Source: Candidatus Altiarchaeales archaeon
GTDB lineage: Archaea > Altiarchaeota > Altiarchaeia > IMC4 > SCGC-AAA252-I15
Direction of reading: 5' to 3'
DNA: 64,000 bases
Assembly (NCBI GenBank): GCA_014727915.1
Contig: WJMO01000005.1
Coordinates: 192,001 to 256,000 of the forward strand
Shown here: piece after piece, positions 38,257 to 47,452 of the stretch
Numbering within the stretch: position 1 is the first letter of the stretch
Layout: every line of letters starts with the position of its first letter
Translations under genes and position numbers: made by a program
The notes under the pieces: generated by a model
Database searches by the model: none
The model's input: the letters and a program-made list of their open reading frames with translations, nothing else
Told to the model about the DNA's origin: nothing

Positions 38257-39011
38257 GATTGGAAGACGCACTGTCCGGCGGTGGCAAGCTGGTTGCATTC
38301 ATCGTCGGCGGAGACCCGAGCATTGAAGACTCTTTCAACATCGCATGTGATGTTATCGAAGCCGGCGCCGATGTCCTGGAGATAGGGTTGCCTTTCAGCG
38401 ACCCCCTCGCCGACGGTCCTACGATCCAGGCCGCGGGTCAGAGGGCGTTGGAGGCCGGCATGAACACGGACAAGTACTTCAACCTCGTGAAGAGGGTGGA
38501 TGGGAGATATGACACGCCTCTGGTGTGCCTGACATACTATAACATCTGCCTCCAGTATGGGCTGGCCAGGTTCGCAGTGAAATGCGCCGAGTCAGGGATT
38601 GATGGTGTGATAGTCCCTGACCTGCCCGTCGAGGAGGCGGGTCCGTTCCTCAAAGAGCTGCAGGGGAACAATGTGGACTTCATATTCCTCGTGTCGGAGA
38701 CGACAACCGACGACAGGCTCGAGAAGATAGTCAAGAAGGCGTCAGGTTTCATATACGTGGTATCACTGTTAGGCACTACAGGCGCGCGGAAAGAGGTCAA
38801 CCCCAGACTAAAGGGGCTGATATCACGCATAAGAAAACAAACCAGCCTCCCATTGGCGGTGGGGTTTGGCATCAGCCAACCGGAGCATGTGAGGCGGGTG
38901 TTGGACATGGGCGCCGACGCGGCAATAGTTGGTTCTGCGATAGTCAAGAGAATCGAGAAGGGAGAAGACGCCAGATCCTACGTGAAAAAGCTGAAGAAAG
39001 CATCAGAATAG
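38253..39011 (+). CDS. trpA: Tryptophan synthase alpha chain
   Basis: [37 protein letters not shown]. Confidence 0.96.
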   Translation: MRLEDALSGGGKLVAFIVGGDPSIEDSFNIACDVIEAGADVLEIGLPFSDPLADGPTIQAAGQRALEAGMNTDKYFNLVKRVDGRYDTPLVCLTYYNICLQYGLARFAVKCAESGIDGVIVPDLPVEEAGPFLKELQGNNVDFIFLVSETTTDDRLEKIVKKASGFIYVVSLLGTTGARKEVNPRLKGLISRIRKQTSLPLAVGFGISQPEHVRRVLDMGADAAIVGSAIVKRIEKGEDARSYVKKLKKASE

Positions 39012-39070
39012 CATTTTTTTGCTTTTTAATTGTTTGTTCGAATTATTTGGTATTTTCATGGTGGTTGAGA

Positions 39071-40435
39071 ATGGATGATGTTAAGTTTGTTCTGGACGAG
39101 AATGAGTTGCCTAAGAAATGGTATAATGTGAACGCTGATCTGCCCAAGCCATTGGACCCTCCGCTTCACCCGATGACGTTGGAGCCCCTGGGTCCGGAGG
39201 ACCTGGCTCCACTGTTCCCGATGGAGTGCATAAAGCAGGAGATGAGCCCTGAAAGGTACATTGACATACCCGGCGAGGTCAGGGACGTGCTGCGTCTCTG
39301 GAGGCCCAGCCCGCTGTACAGGGCCAGGAGGCTTGAGAAGCTGTTGAAGACGCCCGCTAAGATATACTACAAGTGGGAGGGAGTGTCCCCTCCGGGTTCG
39401 CATAAGCCCAACACCGCAGTAGCCCAGGCATACTACAACATGAAAGAGGGCATCGAGCGGATTTCCACGGAGACGGGCGCGGGCCAGTGGGGCAGCTCGC
39501 TCGCCTTCGCGACCAAATTGTTCGAGCTTGAGTGCATGGTGTACATGGTCAAGTGCAGCTACGAGCAGAAGCCCTACCGGAGGATAATGATGGAGGCCTG
39601 GGGCGCTAAGGTCGTTCCCAGCCCCAGCGAGCTGACCGACGCAGGCAAAGCAATATTGAAGAAGGACTCCAAGTGTCCCGGCAGCCTGGGCATCGCCATC
39701 AGCGAGGCGGTCAACGACGCCATGGCCAAGGAGAACACACACTACAGCCTTGGGAGCGTGTTGAACCACGTGTGCATCCACCAGTCGGTTGTCGGTTTGG
39801 AGGCTAAGAAGCAGCTTGAGATGGCAGGCGAGGAAAAGGCAGACATAGTGGTAGGCTGCGTCGGCGGGGGAAGCAACTTCGCAGGTCTCGCGTTCCCCTA
39901 CGTCCACGACAAGGTCAACGGCGCGGACATAGACATAGTCGCTGTCGAGCCCATGGCCTGCCCGACATTGACCAAAGGAACATATGCTTACGACTACGGG
40001 GACACCGCCAAGATGGCGCCGATAGTGAAGATGTACACGTTGGGCCACGACTTCGTCCCGGAGCCCATCCACGCCGGAGGCCTCAGATACCATGGGGACA
40101 GCCCACAACTGTCGCTGCTGGTGAGCGAAGGCGTGATAAGGGCCGAAGCCTACCATCAGATCGAGTGCTTCGACGCTGCGAAGATGTTCGCCGAAACCGA
40201 GGGCTTCCTTGTGGCGCCCGAAACCAGCCACGCGGTCAAAGGCGCGATCGAGGCGGCTTTGAAGTGCAAGGAGTCAGGGGAGGAGAGGGTCATAGTCTTC
40301 AACAACAGCGGCCACGGACACTTCGACCTCGCAGCATATGACGCATACCATCAGGGCAAGCTCGTCGACTACGAGTACCCTGCGGAGCTGATAAAGCAGA
40401 GCCTGAAAAACCTGCCGGACGTCGGGGGGAATTAA
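39071..40435 (+). CDS. trpB2: TrpB2-type tryptophan synthase beta-like PLP enzyme
   Basis: WYN, KIYYKWE...[34 protein letters not shown]. Confidence 0.95.
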   Translation: MDDVKFVLDENELPKKWYNVNADLPKPLDPPLHPMTLEPLGPEDLAPLFPMECIKQEMSPERYIDIPGEVRDVLRLWRPSPLYRARRLEKLLKTPAKIYYKWEGVSPPGSHKPNTAVAQAYYNMKEGIERISTETGAGQWGSSLAFATKLFELECMVYMVKCSYEQKPYRRIMMEAWGAKVVPSPSELTDAGKAILKKDSKCPGSLGIAISEAVNDAMAKENTHYSLGSVLNHVCIHQSVVGLEAKKQLEMAGEEKADIVVGCVGGGSNFAGLAFPYVHDKVNGADIDIVAVEPMACPTLTKGTYAYDYGDTAKMAPIVKMYTLGHDFVPEPIHAGGLRYHGDSPQLSLLVSEGVIRAEAYHQIECFDAAKMFAETEGFLVAPETSHAVKGAIEAALKCKESGEERVIVFNNSGHGHFDLAAYDAYHQGKLVDYEYPAELIKQSLKNLPDVGGN

Positions 40436-40519
40436 CCCCCTTCCGCCCATATTTTTCCTCTGCTCTACCACGGAACGCTTTATATCGTGTTCGAATCCTT
40501 TAGTGTAGCTTGTGACTTT

Positions 40520-40595
40520 GGGGGCTGCTTGTGTTCCCCTGATGACGTGAAACGCATTGAAGGAGGCGCTGTGTCATCAGGGGCCGGCAGCAATT
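40520..40595 (+). ncRNA. Candidate structured non-coding RNA (strand uncertain)
   Basis: 11-bp perfect stem CCCCTGATGAC/GTCATCAGGGG plus outer GCTGC/GCAGC and inner CGC/GCG stems; BRE/TATA-like CGGAACGCTTTATAT at 40471-40485. Confidence 0.4.
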
Positions 40596-40681
40596 AAACC
40601 GGTATTTTATAACTTATTTTGAAAAAAACCCGGATAATCTATAAAAAACCCTTTTTATCCTGTTCGTCCCTAGTGTATTCT

Positions 40682-41791
40682 GTGAAAGTCGGCTTTCTCG
40701 TGAATCCGGTCGCTGGCATGGGTGGCAGGGTGGGTTTGAAGGGCACGGATGGCTTAGTTGAGGAGGCGTTAAATAGGGGTGCGCTGCCAGTTGCGCCGGC
40801 TCGCGCAGGGGAGTGCATCAACGTGCTGAAAGCGGGCAGGGACCGCCTGGAGATCCTCACATGCTCGGGCGAAATGGGCGAAGACCTATTGGACGGTTTT
40901 GATTTCGACGTCGTATATGAATGTGGCGGTGATACCACATCCGATGACACTGTGAAGGCCTGCAGTGTCCTCATCGGCTCGGGTGTCGGACTGATATTAT
41001 TCTGCGGCGGTGACGGGACGGCAAGAGACGTCTTCGAGGCTGTGGGAGACTCTGTCCCTGTGCTTGGCATACCCTCGGGTGTTAAGATGCACTCGTCGGT
41101 CTTCGCCGTAAACCCTGTTGCGGCAGGCGAGCTGGTCCTCGACTTCGTGAACGGGGATGCTGGCTTGCACGAGGCCGAGGTGGTTGACGTGGACGAGGAA
41201 GCCTACCGGGAGAACGAGCTGAAGACGAGACTATATGGCTTGATGTATACTCCGTACAGGCAGGACCTGGTCCAGGCATCCAAGGCAGTCTATCATGCTG
41301 TTGACGACGAGCAGGCTAAGAGGGAAATAGCCGAGTTTGCGGCGGAGTTCATGGGTGACGGTTCGGCATACATAGTGGGCGCGGGTTCAACTACTAAGGC
41401 AATTGGGGACCGGCTGGGAGTCGACAAGACCCTATTGGGGGTTGATGTCCTTAAGGACGGGGAGATGGTGTTCAAGGATGCTGGCGAGAAGGACCTGCTA
41501 ACTGCTTTGGAGGGGGAAGATACGGCGAAGATAATCGTCTCTCCCATTGGAGCCCAGGGTTTCGTATTCGGCAGGGGAACCCAGCAGATAAGCCCTGAGG
41601 TTATCCGCAGGGTCGGTGTGGATAACATAATCTACGTTTCAACGCAGCATAAGCTGAATGCGGTTCCCCATCTCCTGGTGGACTCCGGTGATATGGGTTT
41701 GGACTCGGAGATTGCCGGCTACCGGAGCGTTGTCATAGGTTATCGGCTTTCTCAGCGCAAGGATATCAGAGCAGTCGCCGGAGGAAGCTGA
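40682..41791 (+). CDS. ATP-NAD kinase family protein (COG3199-like)
   Basis: NPVAGMGGRVGLKGTDG, GGDGTARD, GIPSGVKMHS, IGAQGFVFGRG.QQ. Confidence 0.9.
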   Translation: MKVGFLVNPVAGMGGRVGLKGTDGLVEEALNRGALPVAPARAGECINVLKAGRDRLEILTCSGEMGEDLLDGFDFDVVYECGGDTTSDDTVKACSVLIGSGVGLILFCGGDGTARDVFEAVGDSVPVLGIPSGVKMHSSVFAVNPVAAGELVLDFVNGDAGLHEAEVVDVDEEAYRENELKTRLYGLMYTPYRQDLVQASKAVYHAVDDEQAKREIAEFAAEFMGDGSAYIVGAGSTTKAIGDRLGVDKTLLGVDVLKDGEMVFKDAGEKDLLTALEGEDTAKIIVSPIGAQGFVFGRGTQQISPEVIRRVGVDNIIYVSTQHKLNAVPHLLVDSGDMGLDSEIAGYRSVVIGYRLSQRKDIRAVAGGS

Positions 41792-42188
41792 CTATGGCTT
41801 CCCATGCCCTGTTGCCGGGTTCTGGAGCGGTTGTGAAGCCTACCATGGCCGGTTCTGCCCGTGTGGTTGTGGTGTGTGTCGTGTAAGCGGTCTTTGATAT
41901 GTTCCTGTAGACTATCCTGGCATATGGCAGGGTCGAGGATGTTGTCTTCTGGTCCTGGTAGAATGCGGATGCGGATCCGACCACCATTGGAACGCCCTCT
42001 GCAAACTGGCTGCCGATTTCATCCTCGTCTCCGCGGGTCTCCCGGCCTTGATGGAGGTCTGTCCCGTCGTCTCCAGCCTGCTCTTCGTCGTATGGCACGT
42101 AGACTTTCATCATGACTTCGGCTCCGGCGGCAAAGATGGAGAGGCATAGCAGTAAACATGTCAGAATAAATGCCTTCCTTACGGTCAT
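41766..42188 (-). CDS. Hypothetical secreted protein
   Basis: Signal peptide, Thr-rich segment, amphipathic C-terminus. Confidence 0.6.
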   Translation of the reverse strand: MTVRKAFILTCLLLCLSIFAAGAEVMMKVYVPYDEEQAGDDGTDLHQGRETRGDEDEIGSQFAEGVPMVVGSASAFYQDQKTTSSTLPYARIVYRNISKTAYTTHTTTTRAEPAMVGFTTAPEPGNRAWEAIVSFLRRLL

Positions 42189-42232
42189 GTTTAACTAGAA
42201 GCATGATTTCTTTAAATAATTCCAAATAGTAT

Positions 42233-42760
42233 ATGATGGTCAATGTGCTATTGACCGGTTCTCCGGGTGTCGGGAAGACCACCGTCGTGAGGAAGGTAAT
42301 CTCCCGCCTTCCCGGTAGTGTGGGTGGTTTCTATACAGAGGAGATGCTGGAGTCCGGTAAACGCGTCGGCTTCAGAATCCGCACGGTGGATGGTATGGCC
42401 GGGGTACTGGCTCATAAGAAGTCTCACGGGACTTATTTCGTCGAGGATGACAGGACCGAGTATAGGATAAATCTCAGGGACTTGGAGGATATCGGGGTGA
42501 AGTCCATCATTGACGCGGTCGAATCAGATGATGTGGTCGTCATAGACGAGATCGGTCGTATGGAGTTGTTCTCAGATCATTTCAGGGATGCGGTCTCCCA
42601 TGCGTTTGATTCCGGGAAGACGGTTTTTGCGTCCATAAGCAAGTATGGCGGGTCTTTTGAGGAGGAGTTGAAGATGAGGGAGGGTAATCGGGTCTTTGAG
42701 GTAACGGCGGATAACCGGGATTCCCTCCCTGATGTTGTGTTGCAGGCTTTGAAGGGGTGA
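42233..42760 (+). CDS. Nucleoside-triphosphatase (THEP1 family)
   Basis: TGSPGVGKTT, GGFYTEE, RVGF, VIDEIGRMEL. Confidence 0.92.
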   Translation: MMVNVLLTGSPGVGKTTVVRKVISRLPGSVGGFYTEEMLESGKRVGFRIRTVDGMAGVLAHKKSHGTYFVEDDRTEYRINLRDLEDIGVKSIIDAVESDDVVVIDEIGRMELFSDHFRDAVSHAFDSGKTVFASISKYGGSFEEELKMREGNRVFEVTADNRDSLPDVVLQALKG

Positions 42761-42765
42761 TTGTG

Positions 42766-43011
42766 TTGCATGGTTTCTCGGTTGCGGAGGGTATTGCAAA
42801 GGCGGTGTCGGACGAGCGGGAGGGAGGTCGAGGGTCTTTGGCTGCAGTCAGGGTCCGGGTCGGGAGGAACATGTTCCACAGCCTTGAGGAGCTTCTTTCA
42901 GCTTGGGATATCGTGTCTCCCGAGTATGGTCTTGACGGTGTCCGTTTGGAGGTTGAGGTTGTCGATGGGGGGGATTGCGTTCTTGATAAGCTATTATACT
43001 CTACTTCTTAA
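42766..43011 (+). CDS. HypA-like protein lacking the zinc-finger domain
   Basis: TTG start gives MHGFSVAEGI...VRVRVG...L..AW......GVRLEVE; no CxxC pairs. Confidence 0.55.
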   Translation: MHGFSVAEGIAKAVSDEREGGRGSLAAVRVRVGRNMFHSLEELLSAWDIVSPEYGLDGVRLEVEVVDGGDCVLDKLLYSTS

Positions 43012-43022
43012 TTGTGTATGCT

Positions 43023-43250
43023 ATGGTCGATGCTGATAGGATACGGGAGGAGGGCGTAAAGTTGTTGGATGAGTTCAGCGAGAAGCTCAGGGATGTTCCT
43101 GAGACTGGGGAGACCCATTATGTTGTGGATCTTAAGAATGTGTGGAGGCCTGACGCCAGGCCTGAGAGGTGTGAGGGTTTCCGGGAAAAGCTTGGTAAGC
43201 TGGCTCCGAAGTTTGAGAAGGGCTATGTTGTGGCTGAAAAGGGAGAATAG
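43023..43250 (+). CDS. gatC: Asp-tRNA(Asn) amidotransferase subunit C, archaeal type
   Basis: LLDEFSEKL...ETHYV...NVWRPD...FREK....AP....YVVAEKG. Confidence 0.8.
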   Translation: MVDADRIREEGVKLLDEFSEKLRDVPETGETHYVVDLKNVWRPDARPERCEGFREKLGKLAPKFEKGYVVAEKGE

Positions 43251-43332
43251 CCGAATTTACTATCTTATGTATACTCTGGTCTTTTCCTGTCTTTTTAATC
43301 CGTTTAATGTGCTTTAAGTTTATTTATTACAT

Positions 43333-43382
43333 ATCTAAATATCTAAATCCCCTTTTTAATTTATAAATCTAAATATTTAAAA
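43333..43382. promoter_or_regulatory. Putative ArsR operator: two imperfect 16-bp palindromes
   Basis: ATCTAAATATCTAAAT (43333-43348) and ATCTAAATATTTAAAA (43367-43382) directly upstream of arsR. Confidence 0.55.
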
Positions 43383-43389
43383 TGATAAT

Positions 43390-43641
43390 ATGCGGAGGGA
43401 TAAGCTCAATCTCTACAAGGCACTATCCGACGAGACCCGATACCGGATACTGGAAAACCTGCTGTCAGGCGAGAAGACAGTCCAGGAGATAACAAAACAC
43501 TGCAAGCGCGCCCAATCAACGACCTCACTACAGCTAAAGAAGCTTGAGAACTACGGGCTTGTGACCTCCAGAAGGGAGGGCAAGCACATGTACTACCGGA
43601 TAGACCACGACAAGCTATCCCTTGTGCACAGGCTGCTATGA
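43390..43641 (+). CDS. ArsR/SmtB family transcriptional regulator
   Basis: KALSDETRYRIL...QSTTSLQLKKL...GLV..RREGK..YY. Confidence 0.9.
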   Translation: MRRDKLNLYKALSDETRYRILENLLSGEKTVQEITKHCKRAQSTTSLQLKKLENYGLVTSRREGKHMYYRIDHDKLSLVHRLL

Positions 43642-44106
43642 GGAGCTGAGCTCCCTCCTCAGATCCTTCAATATCCTGAGATGGGTGGCCTCGAAATCTA
43701 TCAACCACTTGAAGATCTCACACCCCTCCTCATCGCTAAGGTCGCACTCCCGGAGGGCGGACTTATAATGCTCTATAGACTCCTCCTCCGCCTTGATGCC
43801 CATGTCCACGGCAGACAGCTCGTCAACTTCATCGTCATGGAAGTCCTCGTCAAAAACCTCTGGCGGGCTTTCACGCCGGGTCTCCATGAGGTCCTTCATT
43901 ACCAGCCATTCATTGTTCTCCGCGAGATTGTCGTACACAAGCTCCAGCTTCTCAAGATGCTGCAGCTCATCATCCGCCAGCTTCCTGAAGACCTCAGCGC
44001 TGCTCTTGTTCCTGGAACACTTGGCAACCCTACGATAGAACTTGACACCCTCCCGCTCGAGCTTCATAGCCTCTCGAAGAACCTCAAGGGCGTTCACCTG
44101 TTCCAT
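43636..44106 (-). CDS. Ferritin-like/rubrerythrin family protein
   Basis: E..G..FY, DE..H, EE.S..HY, FE..H diiron pattern. Confidence 0.88.
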   Translation of the reverse strand: MEQVNALEVLREAMKLEREGVKFYRRVAKCSRNKSSAEVFRKLADDELQHLEKLELVYDNLAENNEWLVMKDLMETRRESPPEVFDEDFHDDEVDELSAVDMGIKAEEESIEHYKSALRECDLSDEEGCEIFKWLIDFEATHLRILKDLRRELSSS

Positions 44107-44195
44107 AAAAAAATATTGTCCGTAACATTAAAAAATGAGATTCAACCTTCGCAGAATACAAAATCAACATTAAAAAGAAACTAAAATGCTGCCGT

Positions 44196-44744
44196 TCATA
44201 TCTCCTGCCATCTCCTGTATAGGTTGTGCTCCACCTGCAGGGCGTCAAGTACCTTCCCTGTTATGAAGCCCGTCATGTCGTCTAAGCTCTTGGGCTCATG
44301 GTAGAATCCTATGTTCGGAGGAAGTATTATGGCGCCAGCCAACTTCAGCCTCCTCATGTTTTCGATGGCAGCCAATGTCAGGGGAGTGTCCCTTGGAACC
44401 ACAACCAGCCTGCCGCCCATCTTGAGTACGTTCTCAGCGGACCGGGATATGAGGTTATCAGCGTATCCGTTGGCGATGGCGCTCAAAGTCTTCATCGTGC
44501 AAGGTATGACGACCATCGAGTCAATGCGGTTGCTGCTGGAAGCCAATGGGCTGAACATGTCATGCTCTCCGTGGACTCTGCCCGCCTCCGCCTCCAATGA
44601 TCCAACCTCAACCCCCTCGTGCCCTGCCACTTCAACGGCTCCCTCGCTGACGATGAGATGGGTCTCATGGCCTTTCAAGCCCTTAAGGAGCTTTTCGGCT
44701 AGTATGACGCCTGAGGCTCCTGTGACAGCCACCACTACCTTCAT
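44196..44744 (-). CDS. ubiX: Flavin prenyltransferase UbiX
   Basis: VVAVTGASG, PCTMKTLSAIANG...NLI.R.A, VPRDTP, FYHEP. Confidence 0.92.
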   Translation of the reverse strand: MKVVVAVTGASGVILAEKLLKGLKGHETHLIVSEGAVEVAGHEGVEVGSLEAEAGRVHGEHDMFSPLASSSNRIDSMVVIPCTMKTLSAIANGYADNLISRSAENVLKMGGRLVVVPRDTPLTLAAIENMRRLKLAGAIILPPNIGFYHEPKSLDDMTGFITGKVLDALQVEHNLYRRWQEI

Positions 44745-44784
44745 GTTGGAGAGTATATAACACGTTTGTTTATAATATTGTGTC

Positions 44785-45879
44785 ATGCAGTACCATTCCG
44801 TCGTTGAGGGATCCACACGCCTTAAAGTCCCGGTTGGTGGTGGCGTAACCAAGCGGGAGGAGGTGTTCTACAACCCTCATATGGCATTGAACCGGGACCT
44901 TACGGTCGCATTGTGCAAACGCCTTAATCCCGGGTCTTTCCTGGATCTGATGGCTGGAACCGGCGCGAGAGGGTTGAGAGTCGCATGCGAGTCTGGCGTG
45001 GATGTCACATTGAACGATCTGAACCCTCGCGCGGTTGATTTGATAGGCGAGAACGCCCGCTCGAACGGTTTGGATGTGTCTGTGGAGAATATTGAGGCCC
45101 GGAGGATCCTAGCTGATAGGATGTTCGACTACGTTGACGTCGACCCGTTCGGGACGCCAGTGGAATTCGTCGAATCTGCAGTATCCTCCGTTAGGCGGGG
45201 AGGCGTCCTCGGCGTTTGCGCTACGGACACAAGCGCACTGTGCGGCTCCTATCCAAGGGCTTGCATGCGCAAATACGACGCCACCCCCTTGAGGTGCGAC
45301 TGCTATGATGAGATAGGCCTCCGCATACTGGTCGGTTTCATAGCCAGGACTGCGATGAGGCAGGGCAGGGGTGTGGAGCCCCTCCTCTCACATTCGACGA
45401 GACATTACATCCGCTGCCAGGTTAGGGTCGTGGGCAGGCCGTCGCAGACCCTGAAGAACCTATCCTACCTACAGTATTGTTTCAACTGTTTGTGGAGGGG
45501 CTACAGGCGGCTCGAGGAGATACGGCCTCTGTGCGAATGCGGCGGTGAACTGAGGGTTGCAGGCCCTTTGTGGTCTGGGAGATGCTCTGACCAGCAGACG
45601 TGCAATGTCTTGGCCGACGAGATACTTTCGGGAAACTATGGGTGCAGGAGCGAGGCATCACGGCTTTTGGAACTGCTGGCTGGGGAGCAGACCCTAAACC
45701 TGCCCTACTATGACCTCCATAAGCTTTGCAGCAGAAATTCTGTTTCAGCCCCTCCCATGAAATCGGCCTCGAAAGAGGCTGAGTCTCTGGGTTTCATGTT
45801 CCTGCGTGTGCACTTCAACAGCACGGGGTTCAAGACTGACATGCCAATAGGGCAGTTGGGAGAGCTTATTAGGGGCTAG
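44785..45879 (+). CDS. trm1: tRNA (guanine26-N2)-dimethyltransferase
   Basis: VFYNP.M.LNRD, AGTGARGLR, DVDPFGTP, ATDTSALCG, GPLWSG. Confidence 0.92.
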   Translation: MQYHSVVEGSTRLKVPVGGGVTKREEVFYNPHMALNRDLTVALCKRLNPGSFLDLMAGTGARGLRVACESGVDVTLNDLNPRAVDLIGENARSNGLDVSVENIEARRILADRMFDYVDVDPFGTPVEFVESAVSSVRRGGVLGVCATDTSALCGSYPRACMRKYDATPLRCDCYDEIGLRILVGFIARTAMRQGRGVEPLLSHSTRHYIRCQVRVVGRPSQTLKNLSYLQYCFNCLWRGYRRLEEIRPLCECGGELRVAGPLWSGRCSDQQTCNVLADEILSGNYGCRSEASRLLELLAGEQTLNLPYYDLHKLCSRNSVSAPPMKSASKEAESLGFMFLRVHFNSTGFKTDMPIGQLGELIRG

Positions 45880-46754
45880 AACTCATCATGGCAGTTGTCT
45901 CTTATCACTTCCCGGTTTATCTCATCACATAAGCTTCTATCCCCCCTGACGATAGCCATACAGTAGGTTCTATAGTCTCTCTCATCGCATTCGCCGTTGC
46001 AGAGGCTTTCGCTTATCCTGTTGCATGCTTCCTCTGTCCCCTCATCCAGGCCTACCTCATAATAGCATCTGCGCTTGAGCCCCCCTATGCCCACTTTATC
46101 GCACATCAGAAGGTCTGATAGTGCGATCCCCACGTTCATGTAGCAGTAGTCACTAGCGTGTTTGTTCTCTAGTATATCGCAGATCGAGGAGTTCTTCTGG
46201 TTCACTCCCGCGTTCGCAAGGCATATCTGCTTGATGACATCGTCCTTTATGCTGTTGCATTCCTCGGGGCTGGTGGCGTTTGTCTGCTCTGGGATTTTCT
46301 GGCTGGTCAGGTTCGGGTTGGGGTCTACGGTGACCTCGACTGTGTCGAGCACTGTGCTTCCCCGGGAGTGGGTTATGGATGGTATTAGCTTGTACTTCCC
46401 AGGCTCCTGGGGTATGAAGTACAGGACAGATCTTCCTTTCTCGTTCTCATCTATGAGTCCTATCCTGTCTGTCAACTCCTTTACCTTCTCGTCGACCTCT
46501 CCTTCCCCGACGATCATGTGAACGCCCACTATGAAATTGGCGTCTTCAACAGGTTCCCTGTACCTGTTATGGAACTCGCCGACTATTATGAAGCTTTCTC
46601 CCATGAGCGTTCTGTTCTTGTCCAACACCATGGTCGCTGTGACCCCCCTGCTACCCCCGGAGGTCAGTACAAAGAATAGCATTAGCCCGAGGCTGACGAT
46701 GACCAGTATCCGGTAGTCTTTGAGCGAGAACTGTATCTTGTCCGAGGAGGTCAT
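45876..46754 (-). CDS. Membrane-anchored surface protein with Ig-like domain and Cys-pair repeats
   Basis: N-terminal TM, beta-rich middle, C-terminal ~26-aa C-x2-I-x7-C repeats. Confidence 0.7.
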   Translation of the reverse strand: MTSSDKIQFSLKDYRILVIVSLGLMLFFVLTSGGSRGVTATMVLDKNRTLMGESFIIVGEFHNRYREPVEDANFIVGVHMIVGEGEVDEKVKELTDRIGLIDENEKGRSVLYFIPQEPGKYKLIPSITHSRGSTVLDTVEVTVDPNPNLTSQKIPEQTNATSPEECNSIKDDVIKQICLANAGVNQKNSSICDILENKHASDYCYMNVGIALSDLLMCDKVGIGGLKRRCYYEVGLDEGTEEACNRISESLCNGECDERDYRTYCMAIVRGDRSLCDEINREVIRDNCHDEF

Positions 46755-46787
46755 GTAACTTACTTCTTCGAAGAGGCTTAAATAGCG

Positions 46788-47414
46788 TCATATCACCAGT
46801 GGGTGCGCGGGTAGTTCTGTCACGTCCCTTATAGTGTCTGTCACCCCCCATTCACTGAATTCTTCCCTGCTGGTACCCCCGCTTAAAACGCCTATGAATC
46901 CCACGCCCGCTTTGGAGCTGCATTCGGCGTCCACTATGCTGTCGCCCACGTACACGGAATCAGAGGGTTCGAATCCCAGCTCCCTGCAGACCTGCTCTAG
47001 GGATCTGGGGTCTGGCTTGGGGTATTCGAGGTTGTTCTTATGGTATACTGCCTTGAAAAGGCTCAGGTCCAAAGATGCCGCTCTAATGTGGTTGTAGAGC
47101 GTTTCCCTTCCACGGCCTGTCATTATGGCTAGTGTATGCCCCTTTGAGAGCTTCTTCAGGGCTTCCTCCTCTCCTTCGAAGAGGGATGCCTTCTCAGCCC
47201 TTATGTTGTAGTGTCTTGTGAACTCAGCGGGGTCTATGCCCCTCCACAGGGACCTTATCACATCATCCCATGATCTCCCCACATGTCTGTTGAACTCCGC
47301 TCTTGTGACCTTCTCCAAATCCATGGTTTCCATCACATTCTGGAATTCGGCCCATACGCTGCCTATGCTGTCCACCAGAGTCCCGTCGAAGTCGAAGACC
47401 AAAAGTTCTGCCAT
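46788..47414 (-). CDS. HAD-superfamily hydrolase (phosphoglycolate phosphatase-like)
   Basis: FDFDGTLVDS, KPDP, YVGDS..D. Confidence 0.92.
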   Translation of the reverse strand: MAELLVFDFDGTLVDSIGSVWAEFQNVMETMDLEKVTRAEFNRHVGRSWDDVIRSLWRGIDPAEFTRHYNIRAEKASLFEGEEEALKKLSKGHTLAIMTGRGRETLYNHIRAASLDLSLFKAVYHKNNLEYPKPDPRSLEQVCRELGFEPSDSVYVGDSIVDAECSSKAGVGFIGVLSGGTSREEFSEWGVTDTIRDVTELPAHPLVI

Positions 47415-47452
47415 GACTTAAATATTCGGGTCTAATTTATTAATGGGTCACA

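Noticed and set aside
39056-40231. 391-aa antisense ORF opposite trpB2 (likewise 59317-60489, 54863-55807, 6892-7668, 28507-29256 and other overlapping ORFs)
   Set aside because: Shadow or alternative-frame ORFs expected from GC-rich codon bias; no motifs and fully overlapped by better-supported genes
40536-40583. Hammerhead ribozyme (CUGAUGA...GAAA)
   Set aside because: Only 3 nt between CUGAUGA and GAAA (no stem II), no correctly placed UH cleavage site, and the core is buried in a perfect stem
40536-40583. Archaeal SECIS element
   Set aside because: Internal loop is GAAA/CU rather than GAA/A, and no in-frame UGA at a Cys position is seen in nearby genes or the hydrogenase
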